Of a stretch of 64,000 nt of DNA, positions 15,951 to 30,272 are shown in pieces. The DNA comes from the human T2T-CHM13v2.0 reference genome, Homo sapiens, in NCBI RefSeq assembly GCF_009914755.1, contig NC_060929.1; one strand, given 5' to 3'. A program made the position numbers and the translations under genes. Numbering within the stretch: the stretch's first letter is position 1; each line of letters begins with the position of its first letter. The notes under the pieces were generated by a model. The model saw only the letters and a list, made by a program, of their open reading frames with translations. It was not told where the DNA came from and did not search any database.

Positions 15951-17939
15951 GTTCGTGGATTTATCTACCTTTGGTCTCTGAAGTCAGTGACCTATGGAGG
16001 GGGTCTCTGAGTAGATGTCCTTTTAGTTGATGTTGGTACTATTCCTTTCTCTTTGTTAGTTTTCCTTCTAACAGTGAAGCCGCTCTGAGGCAGGTCTGCT
16101 GGAATTTGCTGGAGGTCCACTCCAGACCCTGTTTGCCTGGGTATCACCGGCAGAGGCTGCAGATCAGCAAAGATTCCTGCCTGTTCCTCCCTCTGGAAGC
16201 TTCGTCCCAGAGGGACACCTGCCAGATGCCAGCCAGAGCTCTCCTGTATGAGGTATCTGTTGGCCCCTACTGGGAGGTGTCTCCCAGTCAGGATACACAA
16301 GGGTCAGGGACCCACTTGAGGAGGCAGTCTGTCCCTTATCAGAGCTCAAATGCTGTGCTGGGAGAACTGCTGCTCTCTTCAGAGCTGTCAGGCAGGGACA
16401 TTTAAGTCTGCTAAAGCTGTGCCTGTAGCCACCCCTTCCCCCAGGTGATCCGTCCCAGGGAGATGGGGGTTTTATCTATAAGTCCCTGACTGGGGCTGCT
16501 CACTTTTTTTCAGAGATGCCTTGCCCAGCAAGGAGAAATCTAGACATGTGGTTCACCTTGCTGAGCTATGGAGGGCTCCACCTGGTTCAAACTTCCTGGC
16601 AGGCTTGTTTACACTGTGAGGGTAAAAATCACCCATTCAAGCCTCAGCAATGGCGGACGCCCCTCCCCCAACCAAGCTTGAGCATCCCAGGTAGAGCTCA
16701 GACTGCTATGCTAGCAGTGAGAATTTCAAGCCAGTGGATCTTAGCTTGCTGGGCTCCATAGGGGTGGGACCCACCGAGCCAGGTACTGGAGGGAGTCTCC
16801 TGGTCTGCAGGTTGTGAAGACCTTGGGAAAAGGGCAGTATCTGGGCCAGAGTGTTCCGTTCCTCCCAGTACAGTCTCTCACAGCTTCCCTTGGCTAGAGA
16901 AGGGAAATCCCCTGACCCCTTGCACTTCCTGGGTGAAGCAACACCCCACCCTGCTTCGGCTCACCCTCCGTGAGCTGCACCCTGTCCAACCAGTCACAAT
17001 GAGATGAACCAGGTACCTCAGTTGGAAATGCAGAAATCACCCACCTTTTGCATCGATCTTGCTGGGAGCTGCAGACCGGAGCTGATCTATGAAACTAATA
17101 TAAAGTCCACAAACTTGTACACGTAAGGCCAAATTTCTTCTCATTTTCCAGTTTATCACTTTAATACTCATGGGTTTTACAATCAGAAAATGCAGGGCCT
17201 CTATTCTGAGAACACATCACTCTCAAATCTTTCAGAAATTCTGGAACTTACACAGTCTTTTTATATGAGATAAATCACATTTTCCCACCCAAGCAGGGAG
17301 TAGTAGAGAAGACAGAAAGCAATTGCTGTAGATTTTCACTTCCTATAGTTCTTTCTCTAAATAGTTCTCTCTCAATTAATTTATAGATATAGCTATTATT
17401 ACGCAGATGAATATCCAGATTTAAATCCCAATATGTTATAAATGCATTTTTGTGGGTTTTGTGGTCTTTTTATTTTTATTTGTTTAGAAAATCTGCTTTA
17501 ATGGTTAAGCAAAGACTTATCTGAAATTGCAGTAAATGATTATGCATAAGTTTTGGGTTTTATGAGTTAAAATTAATTTGTGACATGGTTGCTTTACATA
17601 TGGAAATTCAGTCTAATCTTTTTCTCATACTTTAAAATCTTATTCTGAAGGCTGGGTTTTATTGTTTTGTAAGTTTTGTAATGGCCTCAAGCCCAAAGCA
17701 CCATAAATTTGAATTGGCATTACCATGCTGATTTATTCAATATTAGAAAGGTAGCTAATTTTTACATGAAAAGTGAAAAGGGAATTTATGCAAGACATTT
17801 ATAACTTCAGATAAAAAAGAAAAATAAATATAAAACTGATAAATAGCGTTATCTAAATGTTTGTTTGAGGCTCTATGATTTATCAGCATATGAGTCTTAA
17901 ATCAGAGCCACAGAGAGAGTGAAGTGTCCAAGTGTTGGC

Positions 17940-18130
17940 TTAGGGGTGAGGGTTTTGATTTGTGCATGTCCTCTATATCATAATTATGACTAGATTGACA
18001 AGTCCTGGGTATATTCAACCTCAGTTTTAAATATGAAGCCGAATTTATTCACAGAGGTTTGGGAAACAGATTAAGTTAATACCAGAAAAAGTCCTTCTTA
18101 AATTACAATAAGTAAATGTAGTGAGTTTTT
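17940..18130 (+). mobile_element. MIR fragment
   Basis: 'aacctcagttttaaatatgaa...cacagaggtttgggaaacagattaagttaat' resembles the MIR core. Confidence 0.45.
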
Positions 18131-18394
18131 TATTCCCAAGCAAGTCTACAGTGTGGTTACTCTAAGTGTTGATTCTTTGAATATCTTTTGAATTCCAAAT
18201 ACAAGATACACCAGTAGACTTTAAAGTGAAACCATATCTACAGCTTTTCCTCCTAAGAAAATAATCCATTGGCTTTCAAAATTATAGCAAGGTTAAAAGA
18301 CAGTATATGAGATAAAAATATATGCCACGTTCCATTATGGACTTTCTAAGCTATTTAATGAAAACAGATTTTTTTCACATATGCATATATTTTA

Positions 18395-19024
<630 letters not shown>

Positions 19025-19823
19025 GCATATGTAGTTTTATCAGATATTGCTATATTCTTTCCAATGGGGTTATTGCAGGTTGCATTCCCCCAGCAGACTC
19101 TAAAGGAAGGCAGAATTTTTGAGGTGCCTAAAATATTTATTCAAACTAAGATTGTCAATGAAAGTATTCTGAAACGGACGGAACTGAAGAAAATTTAAAC
19201 ATTTACTCAAAAAAGTAGAAAAAAAGGCATTTGATATGCAATATTCATACTTTAAATGGGAAATAAGCCAATCAGGTAAACTAATGTATAGCAGAACAGA
19301 AACTCACTTTCCATAGCACCAGCCCAATCCCTGTTTTAACCGTGATACCCAATTTTCAAACAGCCACTGGCACTGCCCATGGAGACTGATCTCCATGGAA
19401 CCTGTGTTTGCCTGGCAAGTGCAGACATTCTGAATCCAAGTAGGGATGAATGCCATTTGTTAGCAAGTGCAGTGGGAGGGAGGAAAGGCAACCAGCGCCC
19501 TCAGAGAAACCAGAGTGGGGCAGTTCTTGTTCCTCACAGAACCCCATCTTCTCTCACCACCTCTGTGTAACCTGACCCCCCTCCAATTTTTAACTCTTTT
19601 TAAATTTTTGCCTTTTGCCTCTGAATTTTGCGTTCACCAGTCCTTAAAAATCACAGAGGACCCAGAAGAGATTTTAATGTAGCAACATTTTTTTGGAATG
19701 AAACACTTATAAATTTACTAAATATAAATGTTAAAAAAACTGTTACAGCATATATATATAAACTATTACATCACATATATGTGTGTGTATATATATGTGT
19801 GTGTATATATGTGTATGTGTGTG

Positions 19824-20163
19824 TGGAGGCTTTGTTCATTTCCTTTCACTCTTTTTTCTCTAATCTTGTCTTCTCACTTTATTTCATTGAAATGATCTTC
19901 AATCTCTGATATCCTTTCTTCTGCTTGATTGATTTGGCTACTGATATTTGTATATGCTTCATGAAGTTCTCATGCTGTTTTCTTCAGCTCCATCAAGTCA
20001 TTTATGTTCTTCTCTAAACTGCATTTGAGCTCTGATAAGGGACAGACTGCCTCCTCAAGTGGGTCCCTGACCCTTGTGTATCCTGACTGGGAGACACCTC
20101 CCAGTAGGGGCCAACAGATACCTCATACAGGAGAGCTCTGGCTGGCATCTGGCAGGTGTCCCT
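19824..20163. other. Bipartite templated insertion copied from the adjacent L1 (198-bp direct + 143-bp inverted segment)
   Basis: 19824-20021 matches 15502-15699 on the same strand. 20021-20163 matches the reverse complement of 16211-16353. I saw no mismatches by eye. Flanked by (TG)n on the left and (CA)n on the right. Confidence 0.93.
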
Positions 20164-21103
20164 ACACACACACACATATATAACATTTTCAATTGCTTAG
20201 ATACTGTTTTCCTAACTTTACTACCTTTTAGGTATAAAAACAGCTTTACAGAACAGCCTTCCTTCTGAAGAGACAACCATTATTAGGTTAGGTACTTAAG
20301 TCCATATTACAGCTTCATATTGTCTCCCTTTCTATGTCACACTCAACTCTGTCCCAAATACTAAAAAAAGAGGTGAGAAATTCTTAGCATCCTGGTAGTG
20401 ATTTACACGTATCATATATCTTTAGTATTGTCAATCTAGGGTTTTTAGCACCCAATTTATGGGGGCAGGGGTTAAGGAGGAGGCCAGTGGGGTGAAAGTC
20501 CGTGAGTTAATATAATGAGGAAGAGCTCGCAAAAGAGATGAGCATTTATGAGTGACATAAATCTCTGAAGTTTAAGAACAGCACTTAGCATACTAAACTG
20601 TCCAAATAGTCCTTGAATGCTGACAAACGGTTCGTAAAAAGTTAAAAAAAAAAAAAAAGACATACATTCTTCAGAGCTATTTTTTCAATACCTGAAAAAA
20701 ATCCTGTAATCCCATATTGGTTTGTGATACATGTTATCATTCCTTTATGGAGTTTTCAACTCAAGGTCAGAAGGTTCTTGAGTCATTCCTCTTTGGTGCA
20801 GATAAGTTGTATTTTACGTTCTACTGCAGTTCTCTGCCATTCTTCTTGACTTCCAAATCTCAAGCTTAGAACATTTCTTATGAAATCTATGACTTCCATT
20901 AATATCAAACCTGTTTCCCTTTTGTGTAAATTAATATATTACCATTCAATTATATTTAAGTTTACCAAACATTTCTCAAAATTATCTCATTCTCTTTAAA
21001 AGATAATCCAAAACTTGGTCCTCAATTAGTTTCTTCCATTGTAAACCAATCTTTCCTTTCTGAACTGGCTTGCTTAACTGATTGTATGCTTACTTTTTGA
21101 TTC

Positions 21104-21516
21104 TGTTAAATGAACTTAAATTTGGCCTAATTCTGCTGCTGTATGTAGTTAACTGCAACCTAACCTAGCGTGTCAACCAAGAGCAAACCAACTTAAGAGT
21201 CTATTCTTGCAATAAATAGCTGTGTCTCAGCCAATCACAGTAGCCAAGCTTCAACCAATCACAAGTTGCCAACTGATAAGATCATGTTCATATAAGGCAA
21301 ATGCCTCATCATATCTTGCCCAAATAGGGCAAACACTGAGCTGTAACCAATCAGGCTGTTTCTACACCTCCTGTGCTTTTCTGGTCTAGAAATACTATCT
21401 GCCCCTGAGTAGAGCTCCTGGAACCTCTCCTGGTTCTGAGAGCTGCCCAATTTATAAACTACTTTTGCTCAGATAAACTATGCTAAATTTGATTTGTCTG
21501 AAGTTTTCTTTCAACA
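21104..21516 (+). mobile_element. MER57-family ERV1 solo LTR
   Basis: Runs from 'tgttaaatgaacttaaatttggcctaa' to 'aagttttctttcaaca', with three CCAAT boxes and 'aaggcaaatgc...gagctgtaaccaatc'. Confidence 0.8.
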
Positions 21517-22879
21517 GATCTGACTGGTTTTCCAGTAAGGTGATACCAGATAGACTACTATAGCGATTATGATTCCTTAGAAATGAATTAATATAAAGAC
21601 TAATGTGAAGTAGAGGAACCGGCTTTAAGCAAAAATACTTAAAACACTGATAGATAATAATGTGTTTATGAAATGTGAACAACACACGGTTATGAAACCC
21701 TTGAGTTAAAAAGGGTACACAATGAAAGCCCATGTATTCGAGTTTTGCTTTAAGTCATTCAAAAACCGTGAAAGGGAACACTACAAGTAAGTTCTATTTT
21801 GATCACAGTTGTGTGTGGTTTCCACATAAAACACCTAGATTTCATCAGTGCTTGTCCAATATCATTACCAATGCTTCTAACAAGTGGTCCAGAATTTGTG
21901 GCAAAGGTGATGTGAATCTGATTCAGGAAGTATCAAGCAGAACACTGCAGGAGTTCCACTCATATTGGAAATGTATTTTTGGCCTTATTTTCTACTGGGC
22001 CAAAAATATCATTCTGGTTAACATCCCATAAACAGGTAGTGAACCAAAAAGAGGGTGAGAGACTTCCTTCCTGATAGTAGGAAAAATATTCACTCTACCA
22101 CAGACCGTGGATGGGTACAGGTGTCAGACAGAACTCTGACAATAAGCAGTTAAACATTACTTGGCATTGACAATACAAGAAAAAAAAGTCAGAATTCCCT
22201 TCACTATCAGGAAAATAATCTAGATAGGTATTTTAGAAAACTAATGTATCAGATCAATCCACTTCCTGCCAACTGAAGTTACCTCCTACTCTGATAGAAA
22301 TGTGTACTTATTTATTATTCAAATGGTTGCAGCTTAACAAATCCGATATCTATCAGGAGGAGACTAGGTTTTCTGAAGCAGTGACTTCAGAACCCCTGAC
22401 TGGTATTTTACATTAATAAAATTGGCTAGAGCTCTAGACCTGCTGAGTCAAGAGTTAAAATAAAACTCCCCAACCAGCAATCCATCACCTAGATAGTGCA
22501 AGCGGCCACAATGCTGACGATGGAGTCTTTGATAGGTGTCCATTGAAATAAGGAGGACTAATTAATGCTCTGACAATCATCAGCCTTCAATAGGAAATTA
22601 AATGTTATTAAGACGAAGCCCTCTAGCACTATTGATCATTGATATGAGCAGGGAACTGAGCTTAACATGAGGTGCTATGTCCATCTCACACAAATTAATC
22701 TAGCTAAAATACTGCAAATCATGCAGATCACGAACAAAATTAAGGTTAATCTTCCTTTAGTAAAGAGTAACAAACCTTATTTTAAAGTACTATATTAAGA
22801 GTATGGCAAGTTACAGATAAGTTTAAGGAAAAAAGTAAAATGTTCCGGCCTATATACGTGAAAAATCCAGAGTACTGGA

Positions 22880-23318
22880 GTTTTTGGCTCATTGGCTCCA
22901 GGAACAAAGGACAGGTGTGTGTATGATCTTTTGCCACCCACTCCACATCTCTTACTTCCATTTCTTTACTTGCCTCTGCTTGGTCATATTGATAGATATA
23001 CTTATTCTACATGGTGCTGGGATGGACACCGATGGTTCTGGAATTACATTACTCTCAAACATTGCAATCTCAGAGGAGGGAAAAGACTTTTGTTTTTCAG
23101 CATCCCTTTCGTTCTCATGGGGGACTCTGACTGGCCCTTCCTGAAACGATGCCTATCCAGGAACCAATCAGTGTGATCAGGGAGATAAGATCCTAGATGG
23201 GCCAGTCATGAGGCACACCCCTATCCTGGAGAACTGAAATGAACCATTCCAATAGAATCACACAGAATGACTAGTTACCTAAAGGAAAGGGACTGCCAAA
23301 ACCTATAACTCTACTACA
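22880..23318. mobile_element. Old MaLR LTR (MLT1J/K-like)
   Basis: 'ggactctgactggccc...gaaccaatcagtgtgatcagggagataagatcc...ctactaca' pattern. Boundaries are approximate. Confidence 0.45.
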
Positions 23319-23829
23319 CACACATTATGTACTCAATCCATTCAGGTGGTATTTACTGAGTACCTATATGGGCCAGGCCTTGTGCTAAACCCTACAATGC
23401 CAGAAATATGGAGATTAAAACTGATGCTTGTATCTCTATCAGAATTAAAATGCTGTAATTCATTGAAGTCTCAGTTTTATACCATCTTTAGGCCCGTTAT
23501 GCTGGACCATCTTATTAGCAGGTTTCTCTGAAACAAAGTATGTAATATAGTCTAGGAATTGTCAGCCAGGCTGCTTCTCACTCCCTCAGGTGTTAATAAC
23601 TTTCACCACAACTCAAAGCTTTAGAGTTAGTCTTTGGATTACTGCTTCATTGGCTGCAATCAAGTGGGCTCATTTGGTGGTCCCTGTCTTTCCCGACACT
23701 CATGTGTCTCTTTACTTTCTGCACCCAAATATGTTAAAGTCTCTACCTAATTAAACATGCCAACCAACAGCATAATGGTTTGTTGAATTCAACCAAAGAG
23801 TACAATCTCACCAGTGGCTGCTAATGATA

Positions 23830-25350
23830 TTAGTAACGTATCCTGTTGTAGGCACTCATAAAACTGAGGAATGACAACAACCAGCTCCCTGACCTCATGG
23901 AGGCGGCATCCCAGTGAGGGAGACACAAACCAAACAGCTAGTAACACATTCCTTCGTTATTGTGGTGATTGTGATGAATGTTCTAAAGCACAATCACAGG
24001 AATTACAGAAGAATAGAATCCAAGCACATAACTTATCCTGGGAGACTAGAGATTATGTTTCTCGAGAAAGGGACTTTGGAAGTGTAACATGAAGGAAAGT
24101 CAAGAATTAACTAGGGGACGTGGGTGGCAGGAGTGAGGGAGAACGTTCCAGACAAATGGGGCATTTTAAGGAAAAACTGTGAGGTGTAAAGACCACAGGA
24201 TGCTGAGAAACAGGGAGAAGGCCAGAGCAGGGAAAAGTGAGAACAGCAGGTGGATATCACCAACCCCTAAGGCAGCTCTTAGATAACGCAGGAACACAGA
24301 CTTACAATAATGCTAAGGAATTGGCTCTTTATCCCTAGAGCAGTGGTTTCCACACTCAACAATTTTGCCCCCCACCCACACCCCCACATTTGGCATTGAA
24401 TGGAGACATTTTGGTTGTCATATTGCCACAACTGTGGTGGTAGGAGTGGGGAGGGAGTGTTACTGACACATTTAGTGGAAAGAGACCAGGGCAGCTGCTA
24501 AACACCCCACCACGCACAGGACATCCCCCTACAACAAATGGAATCATGCTGGCCTGAATGGGAAGAATGCTGAGGTTAAAACCCTGTCTTAAAACAGCAC
24601 AAGGACCTAGAAAGGTTTTCAGCGAGAAATTATCATACTAAAATGTGCATTACGTGCACTTAAAACAACCAAAATATCGTTCCTATCAGGAAATGAATAG
24701 GAGGAGGAGAGTGAGTAGATGCGTGTGGGCTGAAAAAAGAAAGAACCCAGGAAGTCAGGGCAGAAATAACAGCACAGAGCAGCAGGTGGACTGCAGAGGA
24801 GGTCAGGATGAACAGAGGCAAGACATGTCATGGACAACAAACCAACAGGCTTGTTCATCACCAGCCATGGGAGCAAGGAAAGGGAAAGGCTCCAAGAACC
24901 ACTCTTGTCATTGTGGCCATTAGGTAAATAGAGCTCCACCACTCACTCACAACAGGAATGCTAGTGGAGAGAAAGCCACACACTCAGTTCTGGACATGTC
25001 GAGCTTTAGCTGTCTGGGATACAGGAGGGTGGAGATCTAGAGGATGAGATGGAGGGCTGGGCTGCTGATGCCAATTTAGAGATGTCTGCCATGGCCATGA
25101 GTGGTCTCAATCAGGAAGGACAGAATGAGATGCGAAGAAGATCTCCAGCTGAGCCTGGAGGAATTCTACCCCCAGTTGTGTAAGGAAGAATAAACTGGCT
25201 AAGAAAACAGAAGAACAGTCAGAATGGTAAGAGGAAAACCAAAGGAGAATAACATTTTGTACCCAAGAAAAATGTATTTCAAGAAGGATGGAGTGTTCAA
25301 CAGTTTAGAAGAGAGCCCAGAGATAAATGAGAACTGAACCGTGTCCACAG
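23830..25350 (-). mobile_element. L2 fragment(s) interrupted by MER20
   Basis: L2-like 'ccctgacctcatggag', 'gttccagacaaatgggg', 'gttctggacatgtcgagc', 'gaggaaaaccaaaggaga'. Confidence 0.6.
24341..24586 (+). mobile_element. MER20 (hAT-Charlie)
   Basis: 'cagtggtttc...aattttgcccc...tggagacattttggttgtca...gctgctaaacacccc...gcacaggaca...tgctgaggttaaaaccctg'. Confidence 0.85.
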
Positions 25351-26010
25351 CTGACACTCCAGAAGTACTCGGATGAATCTAAAGGATGCAGATTAAAGTC
25401 TCCTGAACATAATAAAAGCATTCAAAAGAACATGAAGTCAAAAGCTTGTGTCTGCACTGACATGTGCCCTGACTTTTCAGGTTCCCTTTCTCTTTCTTGG
25501 TTTGTCTTCTTCAGCAGCCCTGATCTTGCTATTTATTCCACATGGCTTCTATTGTGCATGTGCTGAAGTCTCTAAGAAATCCTGCTCTTGAGGAAAAAAA
25601 AAATTCTTTTTCCAGTCCCAACAGGGAAGTTAATGAAGGGATAATGAATGCAATAGAAAGCATAAAGATCCATTTATTTGTATATGCCAACAATTTTTAT
25701 AATGGCACAATAATCTTAATTACAGTTATTTATCACAACGTAATTCCTACTGACCATGCCACATTGACACAATTAATAATTTGATGTGTACTTCCTAAAA
25801 CAAATTGGTTTACACCTATCAGAAAGGCTGTGCTTGCCAGCTACCTGCAAGTTTACTAATTACCTGCTTTGAAAATCTACTGACCTATCAGGAAAGGGTT
25901 AATTTTTCTCAGTAGCATTCCTGTGGTCACCATTTGAAGTAATTATCACAACATAGTAAGAAACAGACAAGAAACAGACAAGCTGTCTACACATGAGATG
26001 ACTGGCCTTC

Positions 26011-26046
26011 TGACACATGACACATGACACATGACACATGACACAC
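26011..26046. repeat. (GACACAT)n heptamer tandem repeat, 4 perfect units + 1 variant
   Basis: t-gacacat-gacacat-gacacat-gacacat-gacacac. Confidence 0.95.
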
Positions 26047-28093
26047 AGCATGCTGGCCTTCTGTGCAGGTAAGTGCCTGCTTGTTTTTCCCCAGGTAACT
26101 GACTGGGAGCAGCAACTGGCCTATCTGTAACGTCCTGCCATTGAGACACAGTGCAGAGTCATAGAGCATTTGAATTATCTCTGGTTTCTACAAAGAAGAC
26201 ATGCATCGGCGGCACACTGGTTTAACGTATCACAGTTTCATATGCTCTTCCTAGACTCTCAGATCTTTATATGAAAGTTATTCTCTGTGCCTGAAGCCTT
26301 GGGCATTTCTACTGGGCTGGGGACAATATTTTTTAGAAACCAACAGATGGAAGCAAGATGACAGAGAAAGCCGAGGTGTTGAAAATTGCCCTTGCAGCTT
26401 AACATCCAATATTCCACAGGCGTTCCAAACACAACTTATTCAGTAGCATTTGCACATTATCACAACATCCGGATAGATTCCTAAAAATGTGAAAATGTCT
26501 ACTTTGGTCAGCGAATGTGTTCTAAATAAAAGAATTATACCAAATGTATACTGGAAGGATATTTCTTTGTGTAAATTTAGAGAAAAAAGGTTCCTCCTTT
26601 AATTTCTTTCTTAACGGATTTTTGCTGTATCTATAAAGATGCAACAGATTTGGAGCTACATAAATCATAATACATTTCATGATACATGGAAGGTGAACAG
26701 TAGAAGAGACACAGTTATTATTCTTAATTGCAATACAGAAAATTACTGAACACCAAAAATGTACCCAGAACTGTGTGAAGGGCAAGTAATACAAGGGTCC
26801 TTGCTCTTGGATGGAAACACAATGCATAACCAAACCAAGAGGCTTCTTAGATTGGCATGTGGTCTGCTGTTCTGATAGGATGAAAAACAGAAACAATGAA
26901 ATTCAAAAACCCTACCACTGAAAATATTACAGAAATATGCAACTATGAATGAGGAGGAAAAGGTGGAGGAATTAGAATTTGCAAACTCACTGTGTAGAAA
27001 ACATAATTAAATAAAGATAATTACTAAATTTATTGGAACAGAATACATAGCCCCACAATTTAAATCACATTTTCTACATCACTTATTTGCCAGTCAATGA
27101 TGCATCGATTTGTAATCTCTTCTGTATTTTCTGATGGTTCAGTTTGCACTGCTAATTTATCGTGCACTTCTGGGGTTTATCCATCTAACTAGTTTCTAAC
27201 GCATTTTACCCTTCACTTGGAAATCCACAGACATGTAATGGAGACTCAAGACATTTAAATATTCTTTTAAAAGCAGTGTATTAGATAGAATATTAAGCTT
27301 CCATGTCAGAATGTAAACTCTAATGAGGTGATAAAAATTTCACTGAAAGAATTTTAAGTATTCTGAGCAATGCACAGACTATTTATCAAACAGCAGCAGA
27401 AAATAAATAGGCTTCATTACTCCAAACATTTAACCTCTCTTAAGTCACATTTTTACACCTCAATTCATAGTCCATAATAAAGCCATTAATAGAATACTCA
27501 TGATCCAGTATAAAGACAATGATTTCTTTTTCCGAAATACAAATTAATCATTTTAAACAATCCATAGCACAACCTAAGTTGGCAATCCTGTAACTGTTGA
27601 AGACCGTCTTTGCACTTACATGGTACTTTGCCAATAATTAGTATTCTTCATTTATTTTCTACTGAACTGCTCTTTATAAAGTACTCAAAGAGAAAACTAA
27701 TGCATATCTTCTTGAACTTTTAAGTGAAGGCAAATATTCTCTGGAAAGTGAGTTTCTCATCTCTCTCCTTCAAAAAGCCACTTGGAATCATATAAACAAG
27801 AAACCTCTGTTGACACCCTATGGAGAAACAACATATAAAGCTGCAGGCAGCATTACCATGTCTTTCCATTATGATGACTGGCAGACTCTAGGTCAGAGCC
27901 CTGAGTCCTGGAGCGCTGCCCATGTTTCATTTCCTCACTGTAACATGAAGGGTTTTGAGGAAATAAACTCTAAGCTCCCAATAGTCCTAACATGTTATGA
28001 CAGTAAAAGTGCTAGGATTGCATGATTCCAGGGAAGAGAATAAAAAGGGTGTAGACCTAATAATATACCATTATGATGTCGATCCACTTTTAA

Positions 28094-28446
<353 letters not shown>

Positions 28447-29967
28447 TACATGTTATTTTTAATAGAAGAGAAATAGTGTAAATATTTAATGAGACATATT
28501 TTAAAGGATATTGTTTCATTGAAAAAAATGATTATTTTAAATTAGGGTAGAACATTCAATACACTTTATTTTAAATGCAGATTTCCTTCTCCAAACTCTA
28601 TTTCTTCCAATAAGATCAAGTATATTAAGTCATATATCCAGTCAGCAAGTTGGTCATGGCACAGTTAGTACATGTACTGTGCCTCCCACCTTCTTAATTC
28701 CTAACATGAGTGTGAATGAGTTTGAAGTTTGAATGCTGTAGTGCTTTTTTACTATAGTACTCTGTTAGGTGATCTGGTGATTGTTCCTATAGTTGCTATG
28801 TGCTTGGTCAACCACTTTGCTAAGTCATCTCAGCTGTACTACTCGAGGATTTTATGCAAATCAGCTCCTTCTTCAACTGCCTTAAAACAGGAAGCTTTTC
28901 TCTATTTCTGAAACTCCTTGAACTTCCTTCCTTAGAATACTTCCCACTATAGTCAAACAAGTAGGAACAAAGAGAATGGTCCAATCCTTCTTCCCTCTAC
29001 CTGATAATATAGTAATCATTGCCGTGAAATCATTAGGCTGATGCTTCACAGCTTATAACCTTCATCTTATTCATAGTGCAACCTAATAAAAGGGCTATTT
29101 TGTCATCTAAAACAGTGTAGTATCTTCAATTCCTCATAGTTTAGTATAAGTGCATTGTTACTTTAGAAAGTAGATTACCACAAAAAGAAAAACAGTACTA
29201 TGTTGACCCTAAGACATTTTCTTTGTCCATACCTAGAGTTACAAGTTCACATGAGGGGCAGCAGATGAAGTGTATGTGTGAAGGTGCTGGGCATAAGAGC
29301 TAAGGGAGTCTTGGAGAAAAAGGTGAACACATATTCAGTCAAAACTTGTCCAATGTCTTTAAAAATGAAAGCAAAGTGTCAGCCATCATATTAACCTACA
29401 GGTAGTTCACAATCTCACCTCTCATGAATTCCTTACAACAAATACATAATTACTTGAGCTTTCTGGTTATTTGAGTGCCAGGTAATATTTGATTGTATGT
29501 GAACTAGGATCATAATGGTCTACTAGTTACTACAACATAGATTTAGGGATTGGGATATAACAATTCATTCAAGTAAAACAAATTCTTCTAACAATGGCTT
29601 ACTTTTCCAAACATAAGGATTATATTATTAAACTCAACCTTTTACTCTCTTAATATGGAAACTCTAAAGACTTTGCATATATCCACTGAAAATTCTTTAA
29701 GTTAAATTCCATCAACAAATCATTCAGATGCTAACCCAATCCTACTACTACGAATTGCAATTTAATGAATACTTGCAATATTATTGATCTCTACAAAGAG
29801 TATCTCAGGTAATTCCCTCACAGTAAACCTATGTGAGAATTATTTCCCAGTCTAGAGGTGAGGAAATGAAGACCAGAAGTTGTTTATCCTTAATCTTTAC
29901 ATTCCCTAAGAATAAGTCCCCTTAGCATTCAAATCTATCACATAAATAAGCGTAAAGATTCAAGGAA

Positions 29968-30272
29968 GGCCTGGCACAGTGGCTTATGCCAGTAATCCCA
30001 GCACTTTGGGAGGCCAAGGCAGGCCAATAGCTTTGAGCTCAGGAATTCAAGACCAGCCTGGGCAACATGGCGAAACCCCATCTCTACAAAAAATATAAAA
30101 ATTAGCTGGGTATGGTGACATGTGCCTGTAGTCCCAGATACTCAGGAGGCAGAGGCTGGAGGACTGCTTGAGCTCAGGAAGTGGAGGGTGCAGTGAACCA
30201 AGATCGTGCCACTGCATACCAGCCTGGGTGACAAAGTGAGACCATGTCTCAGAAAAAAAAAAAGAAAGAAAA
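29968..30272 (+). mobile_element. AluJ-type element
   Basis: 'ttgagctcaggaattcaagaccagcctgggcaacatggcgaaacc' and 'ggaggactgcttgagc'. Confidence 0.9.

Noticed and set aside
20074-20268. ORF sharing its N-terminus (MCILTGRHLPVGANRYLIQESSGWHLAGVP) with ORF 15992-16300
   Set aside because: Not a gene family. It is a by-product of the inverted templated copy, though it independently supports the sequence identity.
26522-26896. 124-aa minus-strand ORF in unique DNA
   Set aside because: No recognisable domain, AT-rich random-like composition and no clear splice context.
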